Shown here: positions 39,886 through 54,678 of the stretch, in pieces
Position numbering within the stretch: position 1 is the first letter of the stretch
Layout of the letters: the number at the start of each line of letters is the position of its first letter
Source of the DNA: Lytechinus pictus
Lineage: Eukaryota
Reading direction: 5' to 3'
Assembly (NCBI RefSeq): GCF_037042905.1
Contig: NC_087251.1
Coordinates: forward strand, 32,366,001-32,430,000
Length of the DNA stretch: 64,000 nucleotides
The notes under the pieces: generated by a model
The model's input: only the letters and a program-made list of their open reading frames with translations
The model's database searches: none
What the model was told of the DNA's origin: nothing
Program-made: the position numbers and the translations under genes

Positions 39886-41140
39886 ACTCTCTTACCAAAT
39901 ACTCAAGGGCTCTCTTATTCCACATCTACATGCTCCTTCTCTCCCATTTTCCCCTTTCTTCCCCTCTCCCACCCCCTCTCTCTCTCTTTCTTTCTTCCTT
40001 CATCCTTGCACCCCTCCACCCATCTATATCTTTACTTTTCTACACCATTCATCCTTAATCAGCTTTTCACACATTCTCAGTGCTGATATTATCACAACCT
40101 TGCTATTTTTAGCATTTGCAATTTCCTTTTTATGTGAAAATGAGAACATTGAACAGTGCTTTTGATAATCACATGTTACAAATTAAGAAATTAAATTCGC
40201 TTTATCTAATCATGTTCATCAATAATGATGTTTAAAGGCCAATTCAATATATCATTAACACAAAACAGGAAATATGTCGGACTGGTATTCTAACTATAGG
40301 ATAATGACTTTTTTTAGGCTCACTTAAGGTTAGTAGATTGTTCATTATTAACAGTTTTGTAAATGTTTGCCAAAGTCCTAGTATTTGTTTTTTAAAAACT
40401 AATAATATTTGATAATTCCAAAAAAATATATTTTCATAATTGTAAATGTGAATTCATTACTATGTTGTTTGTTTCAGAACAAAACACTAAAATTTCGGGT
40501 AGAAAATGGAAATAAAATGGAAATATAGATTGGAGCTTTCAATGCCAATTAGCGAACTCGTGGGTGAACCCCATCTTTAATTAACCCCGGAATCGTTTGC
40601 TCTGTACTTGTAACATATCTGAGTTTTGTTATCACACGTCTTCAAATGTGCGTCTGGTGCCTCATGATCATCACCAATCGCTACATCACTCTCCATAGCC
40701 ACCAATATATTGCTTTGAAATGAACTCGTGAATCGTGATGTATCGAATACGAGCCACTTCAGTGATAACTCTTCCTATATAGGCGCACAGTGATACCACC
40801 AATGGGGCCATGTCTGTAGTCCCGAGTAATATAAATAGATGTTACAAGTGATGGGAATCCCAAGAGGGAGTCGATCGTAATTTGAAGCCCATCTGGTCCA
40901 GAAGGTGTAGGGAACGAAGCATCTGAGATGTATAAGACACAGCTACAAGAAAGTGGAAGAGAGGGAGGGGGGTGGAGGGAGACAGAGAGAGAGAGAGAGA
41001 GACATAAAGGGACAGAGTATACGTGAGAGGGGGGGTGAAAACTAATGTCTTTGGTGTCTGTTCTAACCTTGTCGGCTTTGTAACTTCGTAGGTTTTGCAA
41101 ATGATAGACTAAATGAAGGTGAAACAGAATGACAATTTAA

Positions 41141-41747
41141 AGGTCAAGTCCACCTCAGGAAAATGTTGATTTGAATAAATAGAGAAAAATCAAACAAGCT
41201 TAATGCTGAAAATTTGATCAAAATCGGATGTAAAATAAGAAAGTTATTACATTTTAATGTTTCGCTTATTTTTCACAAAACAGTTATGTACACAACTCAG
41301 TTGTATGCAAATGAGAGAGTCCATGATGTCCATCACTCATGATTTCTTTTGTTTTTTATTGTTTGAATTATACAATATTTCAATTTTTACCAATTTGACA
41401 TCAAGGACCAAATTAACTTAACCATAAAATGTTATAACAATGGTAATGCCACATGTTCAGAGAGGAATAAAACTTTGTTTTACAGGACAACGATGAGAAA
41501 ATTAGAATATTCCATATTTCATATAATAAAATACAAAAGAAATAGTAGTGAGTGAGTGATGTCATCAGTCCCCTCATTTGCATACTGACCAGGATGTGCA
41601 TATAAATGTTTTGTGAAATTAAGCGAAACTTTAAAATGTCATAACTTTCTTATTTTACATCCGATTTTGATGAAATTTTCAGTGTTTTGCCTGTTGGATT
41701 TTTCTCTTTTTATTCAAATCAACATTTTGTTGGGGTGGACTTGTCCT
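41141..41747. mobile_element. Kolobok-type MITE with TTAA TSD
   Basis: ttaa|AGGTCAAGTCCACC ... GGTGGACTTGTCCT|ttaa, with ~190-bp imperfect TIRs (aaaatcggatgtaaaataagaaagttat / ataactttcttattttacatccgatttt). Confidence 0.92.
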
Positions 41748-42407
41748 TTAAGTAAAATGTATTTTCATGGCGAAATGACCTCGGATTTAGAAAATCTTAG
41801 ATGGTTAGTCTTGTTCCAAAATTTGTGGATAAGTTTATGATCTAAGCCATAATTATAAAGGTTTGGACATTCAAAGTTGTACGGAAAAGTGAACCATGTC
41901 GTTTAATAGAAATCATAATACTCACACACACACATACACAAGACTTTCAGTGAATAAACAAAACCTGCACATGACTTTGCCGTCACTTTTGTATCGTGGA
42001 TTTTGCTTATTCTTATTTGCAACGACAATGCATGCAGTGACATCATCCTTTTAAGTTCCATTGGTCTTGAACTTGACGAATAAAGCCTATAGTTACAGGA
42101 CCAGAAACCCTCTCAATCACACTTAAGACTCTTTATTCAGTCAATGAGTTCTTCTCGTGAGTATGAAATAAGATTTATCTATTTTGGAGAGCACTCTAGA
42201 TGGCCCCATTTGTTCGGTGTACTCTATCCAAGATCGTAAAGTAAGTTGGTTATTCCGAGCTTACAGAGTGTCAGGAAGATAGAGAGTTAAACAATTTGGA
42301 TTATATTCGTTGCTATAGGATCGGGAAGAGGAAAAATAGAAGTAGATGATGTTATTTACATCAACGAGCAATCAAATCAATTCTACAAATGATGTGTTAT
42401 ATAAATT

Positions 42408-42722
42408 GGCTATAATATTCTGAAGTCCGCTTAAACGCAGACCATGGTTTAATTCTGTACATAAATTATGGAAAGCCAAGAATGTCAAAATGTTGTAAAC
42501 ACTGTATATTTCTTACGTTAGCGGTTTTCTTTCCGCATGCTTTGGTGGTAAATAAAACTATTTTAGTTATTATTCCAAGACATTTATGAATGATGAGATT
42601 GCCAAAGGTGCTGAAAATGAACCTACATTATCATGGATTTGTGTCATCATAATTGGATGTCCATAGTTAAATCACAATAGCACCAGAGTTCAAATTAAAC
42701 CCAAGTTCAGAATATACGGGTC
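42408..42722 (-). mobile_element. Degenerate MITE, inverted copy of the 60573-60895 family
   Basis: tattctgaagtc...accatggttt...ttatggaaagcca at the left and ccatagttaaatcacaa...ttcagaatatacgggtc at the right match the reverse complement of the 60.6 kb element. Confidence 0.7.
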
Positions 42723-44961
42723 ATTGAATATAGTTAGTAAATTAACTTGGTTTCTCTGATGATGTAATCTTGGTGACTTTAATAAGAAGTAGACCTCTTC
42801 GAATTGTAAACAATAAAAGTGACGAATATATTTATACTTGGAATATTTGAGAGATAATAAGAAAATATGTAAATATTCAAAGAAAGGAATTAAAGGGCTC
42901 CAATCCCACTAAAATGAACTACGGGTACTTAGGTTTCTGAAGTTAATATTACTTTTCTCTGCTTACAGGTGTGTTGTAGAATTACTTCATTATGTATTAA
43001 TAAATCGTGTGAAGTTTGACGCAGAAAGATCGCGGGCCATTAGAATTTCATGAAGTCCAATCAGAATTGCAGTTGCCGACCAAGACCAAACCCAAAACCA
43101 GGCGACGAGAATCGCGTTACGCGACAACTACACTTTGTTCAAATATTTATGAAGCTCGAACTATAGGTGGGTTTCATGTGTTTGCATCTAACTTGTATAC
43201 AGCCGTCTAATAAATTGTAATTGCGACGGTGAAGGTAGGGGGAAGCAAGGAAAGGAATACCCATCCTTGCAAATGAGAAATTTGTCATTCAGTGTTTTTA
43301 TTCAGGGAATGGCAGCCCGGTTTAGCATGACGTTCATTCGGCTTACAAATTAGCCGCGAATATTCATGACTGATCGGAACATCTAACACACCAGACCGTC
43401 TAAACATATCTGAAAATTGTCGGGAAATGTGGCGAAGAGGGGGGGGGGTCCAAATGCACGTTTTGTTAAAGAAATTCTACGAAGTCTGCGCGAGAATCAA
43501 TTTTTTAAGTGTGTTTTTTGTCTCATGATACAGTTAATGATAATATACACCTCCTTTCAAAGTAAATCTAAGGCTTCAAAATTTTACAGGAAATTCTTTA
43601 TTTCAACATATGTCACGTAGTCATTGACCCTACATTTATTTGTCATTTTCTACTTTTGCAATTCTATTTACGTCAAATTTAGAATGATTTCATTGACATG
43701 ACATCTCTTAAATGACAAGCTCGAATCATTCGGACAAAAGGGATTTTCACTTTCTAACATACCCCTCTTTGAAATCATAATAAATGATAAAACTAACTAT
43801 AATGAAACTATCTACTATATTTTGGTTAGAACACATTCCTCGCCAACACACACTTACTCTCTCTCTCACATACACACACGAACACGTACCCCTTCTTATC
43901 TCATGTGGATGTAGTCAGCAAATCAAAATCTCGACTGAATGCAAATATGACTATATGCAGTGATCCGAGCTACTTGTTTTTGAGCTCATTAACATTTAAG
44001 ACGCAATTATAAGTGCACCAAGATTATCACGCAGACTATGACAAATCTTAAATGATTACCCAAGCCTAAGGACAACAAAGACGGCTTCTTTCTTCTTCCT
44101 CGCCTGTATCTGATTCGATCTTTTTTTCCCTCAAGGATGAAACGGTAGAGAAAGCCAATTAGTGAAGATATAATGTTACGTAATCATTGCCAATCTCATT
44201 ATAGAAATAGTACACAAACTGATTAAATGCTGCATTGAATGCAAACGAAACATGATGCCGTAAAAGGAAATATAACAATATAGTATTTTGTTCCTGAGTA
44301 TTCTTACCCATTTCAGTTTTTTTATACAGTATATAGCAAGGTGATTTTTAGGTGGATTTTATTGTGCATTCTTTCTAAACGATTTTCGAAGAATGTTGAA
44401 AGCATGTGAAAGAATTCAACTGTTGTCAAGAGAATATACGTTTAAAGGTGCATCATTTTTTCTTGATACTTTGCTATCATAGTCGTACGATTAATAAGAT
44501 ATCTACTTATAAGTATATTATTTTAAATACTTAATTTGCTAAATTTTGTGGTATATAACAAACCAATTTTAGTAACTTGACCAAATAAATGAACTCTTCA
44601 ATGTATGTCACAAAAAACTTTGTCCCTTCCACAAACCATGAAGATTTATCTTGTAATGAACGAATAAAATAAGATCAAATCAAGTAAAATTATGATGCTA
44701 ATGAAAAACAGGTATTCGTAACTCTGTGTGCTGACTGAAACCAACATATTTTTTTACTTGTCTAACGTTTCAGATCCTGAATGAGATTAATAACCTTAGA
44801 TTTTTTTCACCTAAATGTTGCATTTACCAATTAAATAGTTCGACCGAACACTTAAGATGTTGGATTTAGCTTTATGCAAGGGTTGTTATAACATTTCGAA
44901 AAGGTTGTCACTCTTCCAACCTTTCAAATTTTTAATTCAAACATTAATTTAGAGTGTACTA

Positions 44962-44988
44962 GACTACTATTACTATTACTACTACTAC

Positions 44989-45029
<41 letters not shown>

Positions 45030-45102
45030 CTACTGCTACTGCTACTACTACAACTACTAGTACTACTACTTCTTCTTTTTCTTCTACTACTACTACTACT
45101 AC
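44962..45102 (+). repeat. (CTA)n microsatellite
   Basis: Tandem cta units, directly after a solo TTTAGAGTG-TA MITE end. Confidence 0.95.
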
Positions 45103-45689
45103 CAATGATAATAGTAATAATGATACTAGTGCTATTATTGCTACTCTTTACCAGCAGACATTATCGACAATATTATCATTCCAGTTTAATTATAAAAAAA
45201 GACAGTTAAACCCTAGTTTACTACATTTGAGGTTAAAGGTTCAACAACCTAATTGTGATCATTAGTATAGGGCACTCTTCATGTTTTAAGACAGCTCTAA
45301 TGAGGTACTAAAAAACTATAGGGATTGTTATATCGGATTTTCTGGCTAGAATCAATTAGTTTTTCTTTCGTACCATTAAGGGTCAATCTCAGGAATAGTT
45401 GAATGAACCTTCGGATGATGATTATGAACCGTTTTAAATAGTGATGTTGATGATACTGATGAAGGTAATGACGTTCACGATACCACCACTTTCTTTGCAC
45501 TTTTACATACTTCTACTACTACTACCACCAAAGTATACAAAAAATATATTAAAGAAATAATAATAGCCTTAAAAATGGACATACTGAAGCTTTTCGGCAT
45601 GCACTCATCTGAGTAAAAGCGCATGAATGACTAGAACGCTAGAGCAAAGCAATATATGATAGAACCGAAAGAGACAATGGACGCTAAAA

Positions 45690-46060
45690 TAATAATGGTA
45701 ATGATAATAATAGTTACAACGAATTAGCACTTCATACTTTGTGTTTTGAACCACTTTACATTGTGATTATTATTACCCCGGTCAGTGAATCCATCTCTGT
45801 TCCACACATAAAGATGCACCATCTCCACCCCCTGCATGGGGACCATCCTGGCCATGCAACCGTTTTTGTTATCGGTGCACACATGCCAATCTAATCACAT
45901 TGACGTTCACATCCTACCGGGTACCCATTTAACACCTGGGTGGAGAGTGGCAAACATGGATAAGTGCCTTGCCAAAGGACATCAGCGCCGGGTGGGATTC
46001 GCACCCTCGACCGTTGTTTTTTTTAAGAGTCAAGTGACTTAACCATTACACCACGACACC
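45690..46060 (-). mobile_element. tRNA-derived SINE (second family)
   Basis: Minus strand carries A-box TGGTGTAATGG, B-box-like GGTGCGAATCC, central CCTTTGGCAAGGCACTTATCC...CACTCTCCACCCAGGTGTTAAATGGGTACC and a (TTA)n-like end. Confidence 0.85.
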
Positions 46061-46742
46061 CCCACTTGTTCCAATTCTATCAATCTTTCTTATGGTAAAG
46101 CTATCTATAGTAGATATGAAATCATTCAGTTATGATTATTATTGATTTATGAATGTCAAGAATACACTTATAGAATTTTTCATTTGTAGATACTCTGAAC
46201 TAATATTTTTTTCAAATTTTAGATCCTATTTAATAATCTTCTTTTTCTCCTGGTACACCTAAACTTACTCCCACCAAGGATCTGTGAGTAAAAACGCGCG
46301 TGTTCGCGCACACGCACTCTGTAAGACACACACATACATACACGCGTTCCTGCTCGAATTGCCTTTCATTTTCATTCTCCCATAACCAGAGTTATTAATA
46401 GATTAATATTTACTACTCTGCCCATATCTTTACACAGCCCTCTCTTTGTTACACGATTCCTATTTTTATAATACTTTTCATTGAGATTTACGTTTCGGTA
46501 CAAATCCTTTAATATTCTACACGTTTTCAAATAACTTGTGGTGGAACATGGAATTCCAGACAATTTCACATGACCTTTATCTAATGATTCATTTATCTAT
46601 GAGTTTCATGCTTGATATTTATATCTCTGAGATATTTAATGTACACGAATGTGATCAATCATTCATTTATTTAATGTACGTTTTAGATATACATGAATGT
46701 ACGTGCATATGTTTGCATTGCTATATATTTTTTATGATGCAT

Positions 46743-46815
46743 GCAGGGCACCCATGTAAAATATTTAAATCATTGATTGGGCTACCCAGCTGAAATTAAA
46801 GGAAATAAATCGATT
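46743..46815 (+). mobile_element. Orphan LINE/SINE 3' tail
   Basis: gcagggcaccca...tgggctacccagc followed by A-rich aataaa repeats. Confidence 0.5.
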
Positions 46816-49800
46816 AATAATGAATAAAAAATAAAGTACATAAACAAATAAATAATATCAATATTTATTACATATATAATAACTTAAAAACAAAGATTTA
46901 AAAATGAGCATGATCAAAGAGAAATTGAATTATTGAAAACGTCATTCTGGTATTTCTATATAATTTACTCTAAATGTAATTTACACCTTCATTTCTTTCA
47001 ATATCAAATCCATCAATTGCCACTAACACCATCACCACCCCAGCCCACCAATGCTCAATGTTTAATTACTTTAACACCAGAGCTGTCTACCCATGCGTAT
47101 AGTACAATACTAAAGACTCGTCTTGTGAGTAATTATGAAGAGTACGTGTATAAACACACGGTCGTGCATGGTGCCGCATGACCTTAACATTTTTATAGAG
47201 TTTCATTTCTTTCGTCCATTAAAATATGCCGCTTTAACTAGTAAATGGGAGGCCGGTTATTTTCGGTTAAAAGGCATATTAGTTTAAATACCCAGTATAT
47301 GCCAAAAGTACATTAGCTTTCTCTTTAATACCACCGTCTTAAGATTTTTGTTTAGCTTGATACTTGACTATAAGAACGACTGAAATCTCCGATGTTTATA
47401 ATTATTTTGGAAAAAGATGCTTTAAGGGAGATGTATCTTATGATTGCCTGGATTCATACAAATAAATGATAGAATAATAATCATAAAATTCATCAAAACC
47501 TCAATAGAAATTTAATAATAATGACATTCAGACATAAAGCAAGAAAAAAGAGAGAAAATAATAAATTCAGTGCGTATGATACAAAATATTGTGTTACATG
47601 AAATTTTTCAATCTTTTCATATCAAACGAAATTTATATCCAATTTATTTACATCATACCCATAAGCAGCTTAGAATCGTGCTTATTATTTTCCGCAATTC
47701 CATTTAAAATCAGCTACCTCTTTACATTGATATTAGCTAACTTTCGATTTGCAAAGCAACTTCCTGCTTCCACGCGCTAATGGCGGAAAATGCGTTTGTT
47801 TTTCGCAACCGCATAACATTATCTTTTGCCATTTTGCAAATAATGTATCTCACAGTTTCCGTTACAAATTTAAAGCTATCTAATTTTTAAATCACTAGAA
47901 CCTAACGCGATTCAAAATCATTTCATATCGTATAAGCTTTTGCTGTAGTTAGTTTTTTTTTCATGAGCATGTCTAAGAAATTTGACCCAAATGTACATGT
48001 GGCTAAAAGTATAAATATTTTAAAATTATTAATATGCAGTAATGACTCTATGATATGTGTACATATATTAGCATAATATGTCATGGTAAAGCCACACATG
48101 AAGGGAATGAAAGTTCACGTTGACTGGAATAAGACATATGCCATCATTTGTTGATACTATGATGGTGCAGTGATGATGAAGGAGATTAGTGAGGGGATCA
48201 CAGCAAGTATCCATTAAAAATCATGTCGACAGACTAGACTTAAAGAAAGTGGAATCGTGAGGAAAAACGACATGGTTCTGACAACACAAGTTGCAAGAAT
48301 AACATGGGATAAATACAGCCTGTATTGCGAATTATCTCAAAAATCAACGTAAATTCGTTATATTAAGTTAAAATGTTCCTTCTATTTTCCACAATAAAAG
48401 AATTCTAATTCTCGCTGAATTTTATCAACAGATCATTTATATATTTTACTTATGGTGGTGCTTCATAAAAATGCTATCGTGGTAACTAATTTTCATTTAA
48501 TTTAAAAGATTAATTGTCAAAAACGTGGTATGTCATCAATCATTTATTATGCTTATCGTTTCCAGTTTTCTTTTTCATTTTTTTGTTCGTAAAGAATCTA
48601 AACATGAAGCGATACAACATTTTTTAAAAACCTTAACTTTGATTGTGCAACACAATCAATTTGATGTTTTACTCCTATTTCCCCTAACATTGTAATGATC
48701 GTTATCTCCGCCTACACATGTAGTTACGTCACTCATATCAGAAAGAAAATGTATGTAACACCTTTCGATAGTCCAAAGGTTAGATGTCTCCTAAAAATAC
48801 AAATTATTGTGAAAAGTAACGAGCCTTCTCATCTATATTCGTCTGCTTCTCCTTATATTAGCCTTTTCTACCTTGATATGTAATTTAAGTCTGCCTTTTA
48901 AATAGATCTCCAGATGTAATCCTCCCAAATAAGAGTATTCACTTGCAATATTGATACATCAGACAGGCATATGAATGAGTTTTGCGGTCGCTATTTTCGA
49001 ATCATGATGTCTTACTTAAGCACCTCTGGGAGTAAATATTCGGTATTAGCAGTCAAGACCAGTAATTAAACTCGAACAGGTATCATGAATGTGAAATGTC
49101 AGGTAACTAAGGCAACATAATGAAATATAAACTATTTACGATGTATAATACATCACCATGTCAGACGTCATGTACATAAATATTGTTTCTGGCACACTGT
49201 ATTGTATTTTTTTTACAGATATTAATCTTAGAATCCTTTTCAATGAAACATAATTTTATTTAGGCATCTTTCGTATATAGATATGAAAGGGAAATATTTT
49301 CAATTTCATTTTTTCTTAGATGATTTTGTGGCATGCTGTTCAAAATATTTATTTATATATGATAGCATGGTATTTGTGAACGGTGGTATGATGGTAATTG
49401 GGGATCTCATACGCTTCAAATGAAATGTCCCTTTCACTTTTGTAGATAAGAATGTAATATATTTCTGGTATTTCATGATTTGTTCCTTTTCTTCTGGATC
49501 TTCAAAATGCCGGACAAAGTGCAGCTATATGAGATTTAAGTGTATCATTTGGCGTCGTTTGGCGACAGCGGTATGTTAAGAGTTGATGACGTTATTATAA
49601 ATCGATATTTATGTATATTTATCATTAAAAAAACAGTTTTATCTAGCATTTCGTAATGGATTATTCGATCGATATGCAAAAAGGCCTTCCAGAAAATAAT
49701 TTCTGCCTTTGAATCTTACCTGAGACTTCGACCTGTTCAAAAGGAATTCCAACTCAAAGCTTTACAGATAGATGCAAATTTCCCATAGAGTATATCTTAA

Positions 49801-52800
49801 AGGTATATGTTGACAGTCATTGGCAAATATACAAAATATTCGAGTTCAGGCATCTCTGTATCTTATATTATCTATTCCAAATTTACATACCCAAGCGAAT
49901 GAACGATAATTTGCAGTACAAGCAATTATAATCACAATGTAAAAGAGCATACAGTATTTGTATCTCACTGTAAAATAATATTTTCATTTTAAAGCACAAG
50001 AATCAGCCTGGCCTTCATTATTTAAAAAAACCCTATGAATATAACTGTATTTTTTACTATGATTTTTCTTGGCGTTTCATCAAAATAGACGCTATTCATA
50101 GCGGGAAGGCTCGTCGGGTACCTCAAGTCGACAAAATAATGACAATCCGTCTGACTTCTACCACAAACTCATATCACCTTGGGGTAAGTTTATTCATACG
50201 GGTGTTACTAGATTCTACATACAGGTGCTACTTTGATTCCATCATCTTGCGGGGGTTCACAAATTCATGGATGCTCAAGACGTCACAGCATTTACCAGGC
50301 TTTGAATCTTTTGAAAGTGATTCTAGGTATCCCGGAGAAAAGATAAATCGGCAGGTGAATCGAAAAAAAAGTTGGATGCGTTCTAATATCCACATGAATT
50401 TCCAAAAATGTATCCGCCCTTTGTACTCAATAAGGATTGTTTTCTTTTTACGACTGGGAAATCCGTATTTATTAAAACAAAAGGTAAAATGAAATGGAAA
50501 TATGGGAAGATATAATCTCGAACCATACCGTCTGAGTAATTATAGTATTTCCTTACCACATTGAGATTTAGAGATAGGTTATTATCCCTCTCTTGTATGT
50601 CGTTATCATTTCTTAACAATATGGGTCAAGGAGAACGTAGAAATTTTATTTATTTTATTAAGATAAGTAGACTTCACATCCTTCTATAATCAACCGTCTA
50701 AAAATCTCCTCCTTGATAGCTCGTAATTATTTTTTTCTGAACAAAACGTTTATCAAGGAACACGTATATAGAAATTTGATTTAGTAAAACGTAAAAATGA
50801 TGTCCATCAAAACGTGCGAGTTCGATCTGCTGTTGTTCATGCGAAACTTCATCAATCTTCCCCCTTTCCGACAGCGCAAGATTTGGTTAAGTTATATATA
50901 TATTTTTCGGCCTCCACGCTGAGTCAACATTCGTGATCTTTGTTATCTGTTCCCACGCGAATAGAACGATCAGTGGCAATGTCAACCCTAGTCAAAGACA
51001 TTAAAGGAACGCACGTATTGACTTGGAATTGAACGTTCTGTAATTGTAGAGACAACTTTAGATGAACGTAAGTGTCTTTCTCTTTTTCGCATGCTAATTG
51101 TACAAAGACACATAGGGGTTTTAAAGCTTTTTTTTTTAGAGAAGGTCGTATCCTTAATCTGGATGTAATTTGAAGAGATAATTTTGCATTTTCAGTTTCA
51201 TTAATCAAATAAGTCATAGCTTTATCATCAATAATTTCAACACTTCCAATGTCAGTGCTAACTTTTTTTTCAGAATACCATACTGAAACATGATAATTCT
51301 AAATAAGAAAATAAAGGTGCCCCTTGAGAGTTGAATTAGTTATAGCTGTGTGATTGAACCACAGAGTGAGTTTATTCCACTAAACAGAAGATTAGAATCA
51401 CTACTGTCGTTAGAAAAAGTAACCAGAAATAGTCGGAAGATGAAAGTCGATAAATAATCGAAAAGTATGAAGAAAAAAAAAATTGTGCGTAGGAATAAAA
51501 ATGTTAAGTTAAAAGAAGGGTTTCAGTTTGAAAAGTGACTTAGGCTAATCGTGCTTGCATTTCTATTTCGCATGAGGAAGCAGTATGCTAAAAGATTTAT
51601 TTTGGGGCTACTCGCGCATTTGGTTTTTAGTTTTTTCTAATAGAAGATTAAATCTTTAGAACATTCAATTAACATCTCTATCATGATAGCTATTTCTGTA
51701 GACACCTGAAGAATTCTGAAGCTGAAAAAATTCAAATATCACTTCAAGGAAGAATCAAGAGTTGTAGGGGCAGAGAGAGAAAAAAGGAAGGTTTTTGTAG
51801 GAGTGAAGATTCGTGTCATGTTTGAAACCCTATCTCCGATTGGCACTTCGCCCTCCGTGTTTACTCGCGTCCGTTTGAACAGGGTTCGCTTTCCAATTTC
51901 CTTAATTTTTACTGATGCTGCACCACCATAAGATCAAACAAAAATACAGACGATGTTGTTGAGAGTGTTAGAGTGGGAGCGAGAATGTAGAAAAGTAAAG
52001 ATGGAGTTTGTCAGAAAACAGCGCTAAACCAACATTGGGTCTAATATCAGAGGTATGGAGAGGCTTGTAGAGAAATAGAGATCGAAAACGAAAAGGAAAC
52101 AAGCAAGCATAAGAAGGACAAGTTTTTGTTATTTTTTGGCATTGAATAATTGTTGAGAATTATCATTCTAGTGGTGAGCAAAATAAAAACTTCATATGAG
52201 CAATATCTAAGACCTGCAGTTTAGATACACAGACGAGAGATAGCGTGCCGCTCTGACATTCATGGAATATGATTGTGGGAGTGGTTTGAGAGAGGGTTTC
52301 TTTGTTTGTTTCTGCTTATTTTTAAACAAACGAATGTGTGTGGGTGAATAATATTTATTGGAGATTTACTCATCAAACATCTCGCATTATAATGGATAAT
52401 TACTGTATATCATAAATCAAATCGAGAGATAAAAATACCGAATAGGTCGATAAACTATTTCAAAGACCCGTTTATGCGTGATGATATTAAGATGTTAATT
52501 TCTTATAAAATGTACAGAACAATGTCTTATACATAGCAATGTTTTTCCCGGCTTTTTGCCGGGAGCCCTACAATAATGTCGTGATAAGAAAAGTGGTGGT
52601 CCTATGCACATGAATAGAGGAAAGTGGGCTGGGATAACGTATCATATCTGATGTGTAAGCTGCTAATCTCGAAGAGAATTTCTCTCGTTTTCTCGCGCAT
52701 CATAGAGTTGAGTGTCACTATCAATCTGTACAAAACATCATCAAACCAAACAAAAATGTGAATGGTTGTGGGAAATTATGATAGAGATATCGTAGTCTAG

Positions 52801-54511
52801 CAATGAAAATACCTTTAAAACACAATTGACATGGACTCCATATTACTACTCTTTCCCTAAGCAAGCATTTTTTAAATTAGATAAAAAACTTTTTCATATA
52901 AGCACGAAGTATACGAACTAGATAACGAAATACGATTATAATGATTAATAATGTATTATTGTGTTTTTTAAGGAAAGGGTGATTTTAATGACAGATATAT
53001 AGGAGAAAACAGTTTTTCTTAAGATGGCAATGATTTGGTGAGAGCCCGTACAAACAATTACCAAGTCAAAATAAAGAAAAAAAAAACAACTGACAGCTAC
53101 TTGTAGATATTAGGAAAGACGAGACCATAATGACCCTTAATGGACTAACGAACGAACACGGATCACACAAATCGCTCTTCTTACACGGGCGGAGATCGAA
53201 CGAAAAAGGGCGGGGAAAAAGGTAACCTTGGAAAATGATTCACCATCTTTGATGTCAGGACGATACCAGCGCGGTTGATGATTCCTTTAAAGTCACGACC
53301 ACGCACCCCTTGCGCTCACCGGAGGGGATCCTTCCTCAACGACCTACTAAGCTTAGCATCGACTATCCTGAAAATCAACCAGTCACCGCCTCGGGGTGCT
53401 TTGCTTTTCTCATATGCACGTTTTACAGCGTAAGCTTTCTCTCCTTGTCTGGTTTGGAGGGTCGACTCTTGAGAATGAGATCGATATGTATAGATAGACA
53501 GTTTATTGAAGCACGAATATATTTCTCGCCTTATGTAAACGGATAACGCTGTTTAGTAAGTGGGAGTTCCTTGCACTCTTATAACTCAGTTTGTCCACGG
53601 ATTCACAAAGGCTAAATATAGCAATGAGTGATGCGACGACAAATACAATTTACAAAAGTTTGAGGATTTTTGTCCAATGTTTCAACGACATTCACCGTGG
53701 AACACTTATTTAGATAGAGATTGATAACACTTTTCCCCGTACGGAATAGGTTGATTATAACATACTTTTGATTTTCCCTTAAGAAATTATAGCCCTTCCA
53801 CATGGTAATTTTTATTGGATAGACAATGCAAACAAATAATGAAAATAATTTCTTAATCTAATAAGATAAAAATGTTTTCATCGTCTTAACGGTTAAGAAA
53901 ATACCAAGGCACTAAATAAACATTTTATACATTCATATCTACAGTAGAAAGCAGATCATTTCATAAAACTGAGAATGTTTCGAAAATCTCACTTTCCCGC
54001 CCCTTTAAGACAATGAATCATTATATAAATTTATCTTGTTTTTTCTATTTCTCAGCATTAGCAACAGTTATATTCATAAAGATGATAATAATGTTAATAA
54101 AATTGATGATAGTAATAATAATGTAATAATATTAATGATTATAATAATAGCAATAATCAATAATGATAATATATAATTAAATCAAAATTGATTTCATAAA
54201 AATCTATTGAAATTATATTCTTTCAAAAACGTTTTTCTATCAATTTTCCCATTCACTCTGATGCAACAAATCATGCATATGGGGAACAGAGCAAAAATCA
54301 CCATTGAAATATTTCTTAATGACAAACTCGACACCTCTATCCGATTAGGAATGAGAATCTCTGTACTAATGGATAAATCATGACAATGTTTAAGGCATGG
54401 GCAGCATTTACACCATATAAAAACAATGTGTTCAGATATTAGCTATTTCAAACCATTCATGTTCTCAATTACATGCATATTTATTGTGTCAGCAATGTTT
54501 GAAATATACCT

Positions 54512-54678
54512 GGTGGGTGTTTCATAAAGCTGTTCGTAATGTTACGCACAACTTTACGCACGACTGGAACATGTTCTTATATAGGTCATAAATCTATTAC
54601 AGAGCACAAAAAAGGATCACCAGTCGTGCGTAATTAAAGTCATTCTTATCTTACGAACAGCTTTATGAAACACCCACC
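54512..54678. mobile_element. PIF/Harbinger-like MITE (same family as 5850-6028)
   Basis: GGTGGGTGTTTCATAAAGCTGTTCGTAA ... TTACGAACAGCTTTATGAAACACCCACC, a perfect 28-bp TIR. Confidence 0.9.

Noticed and set aside
49720..49732. 13-nt minus-strand microexon (ttgaacag|GTCGAAGTCTCAG|gtaaga)
   Set aside because: The donor is good, but the pyrimidine tract is weak and the length is frame-shifting; it cannot be supported without RNA data.
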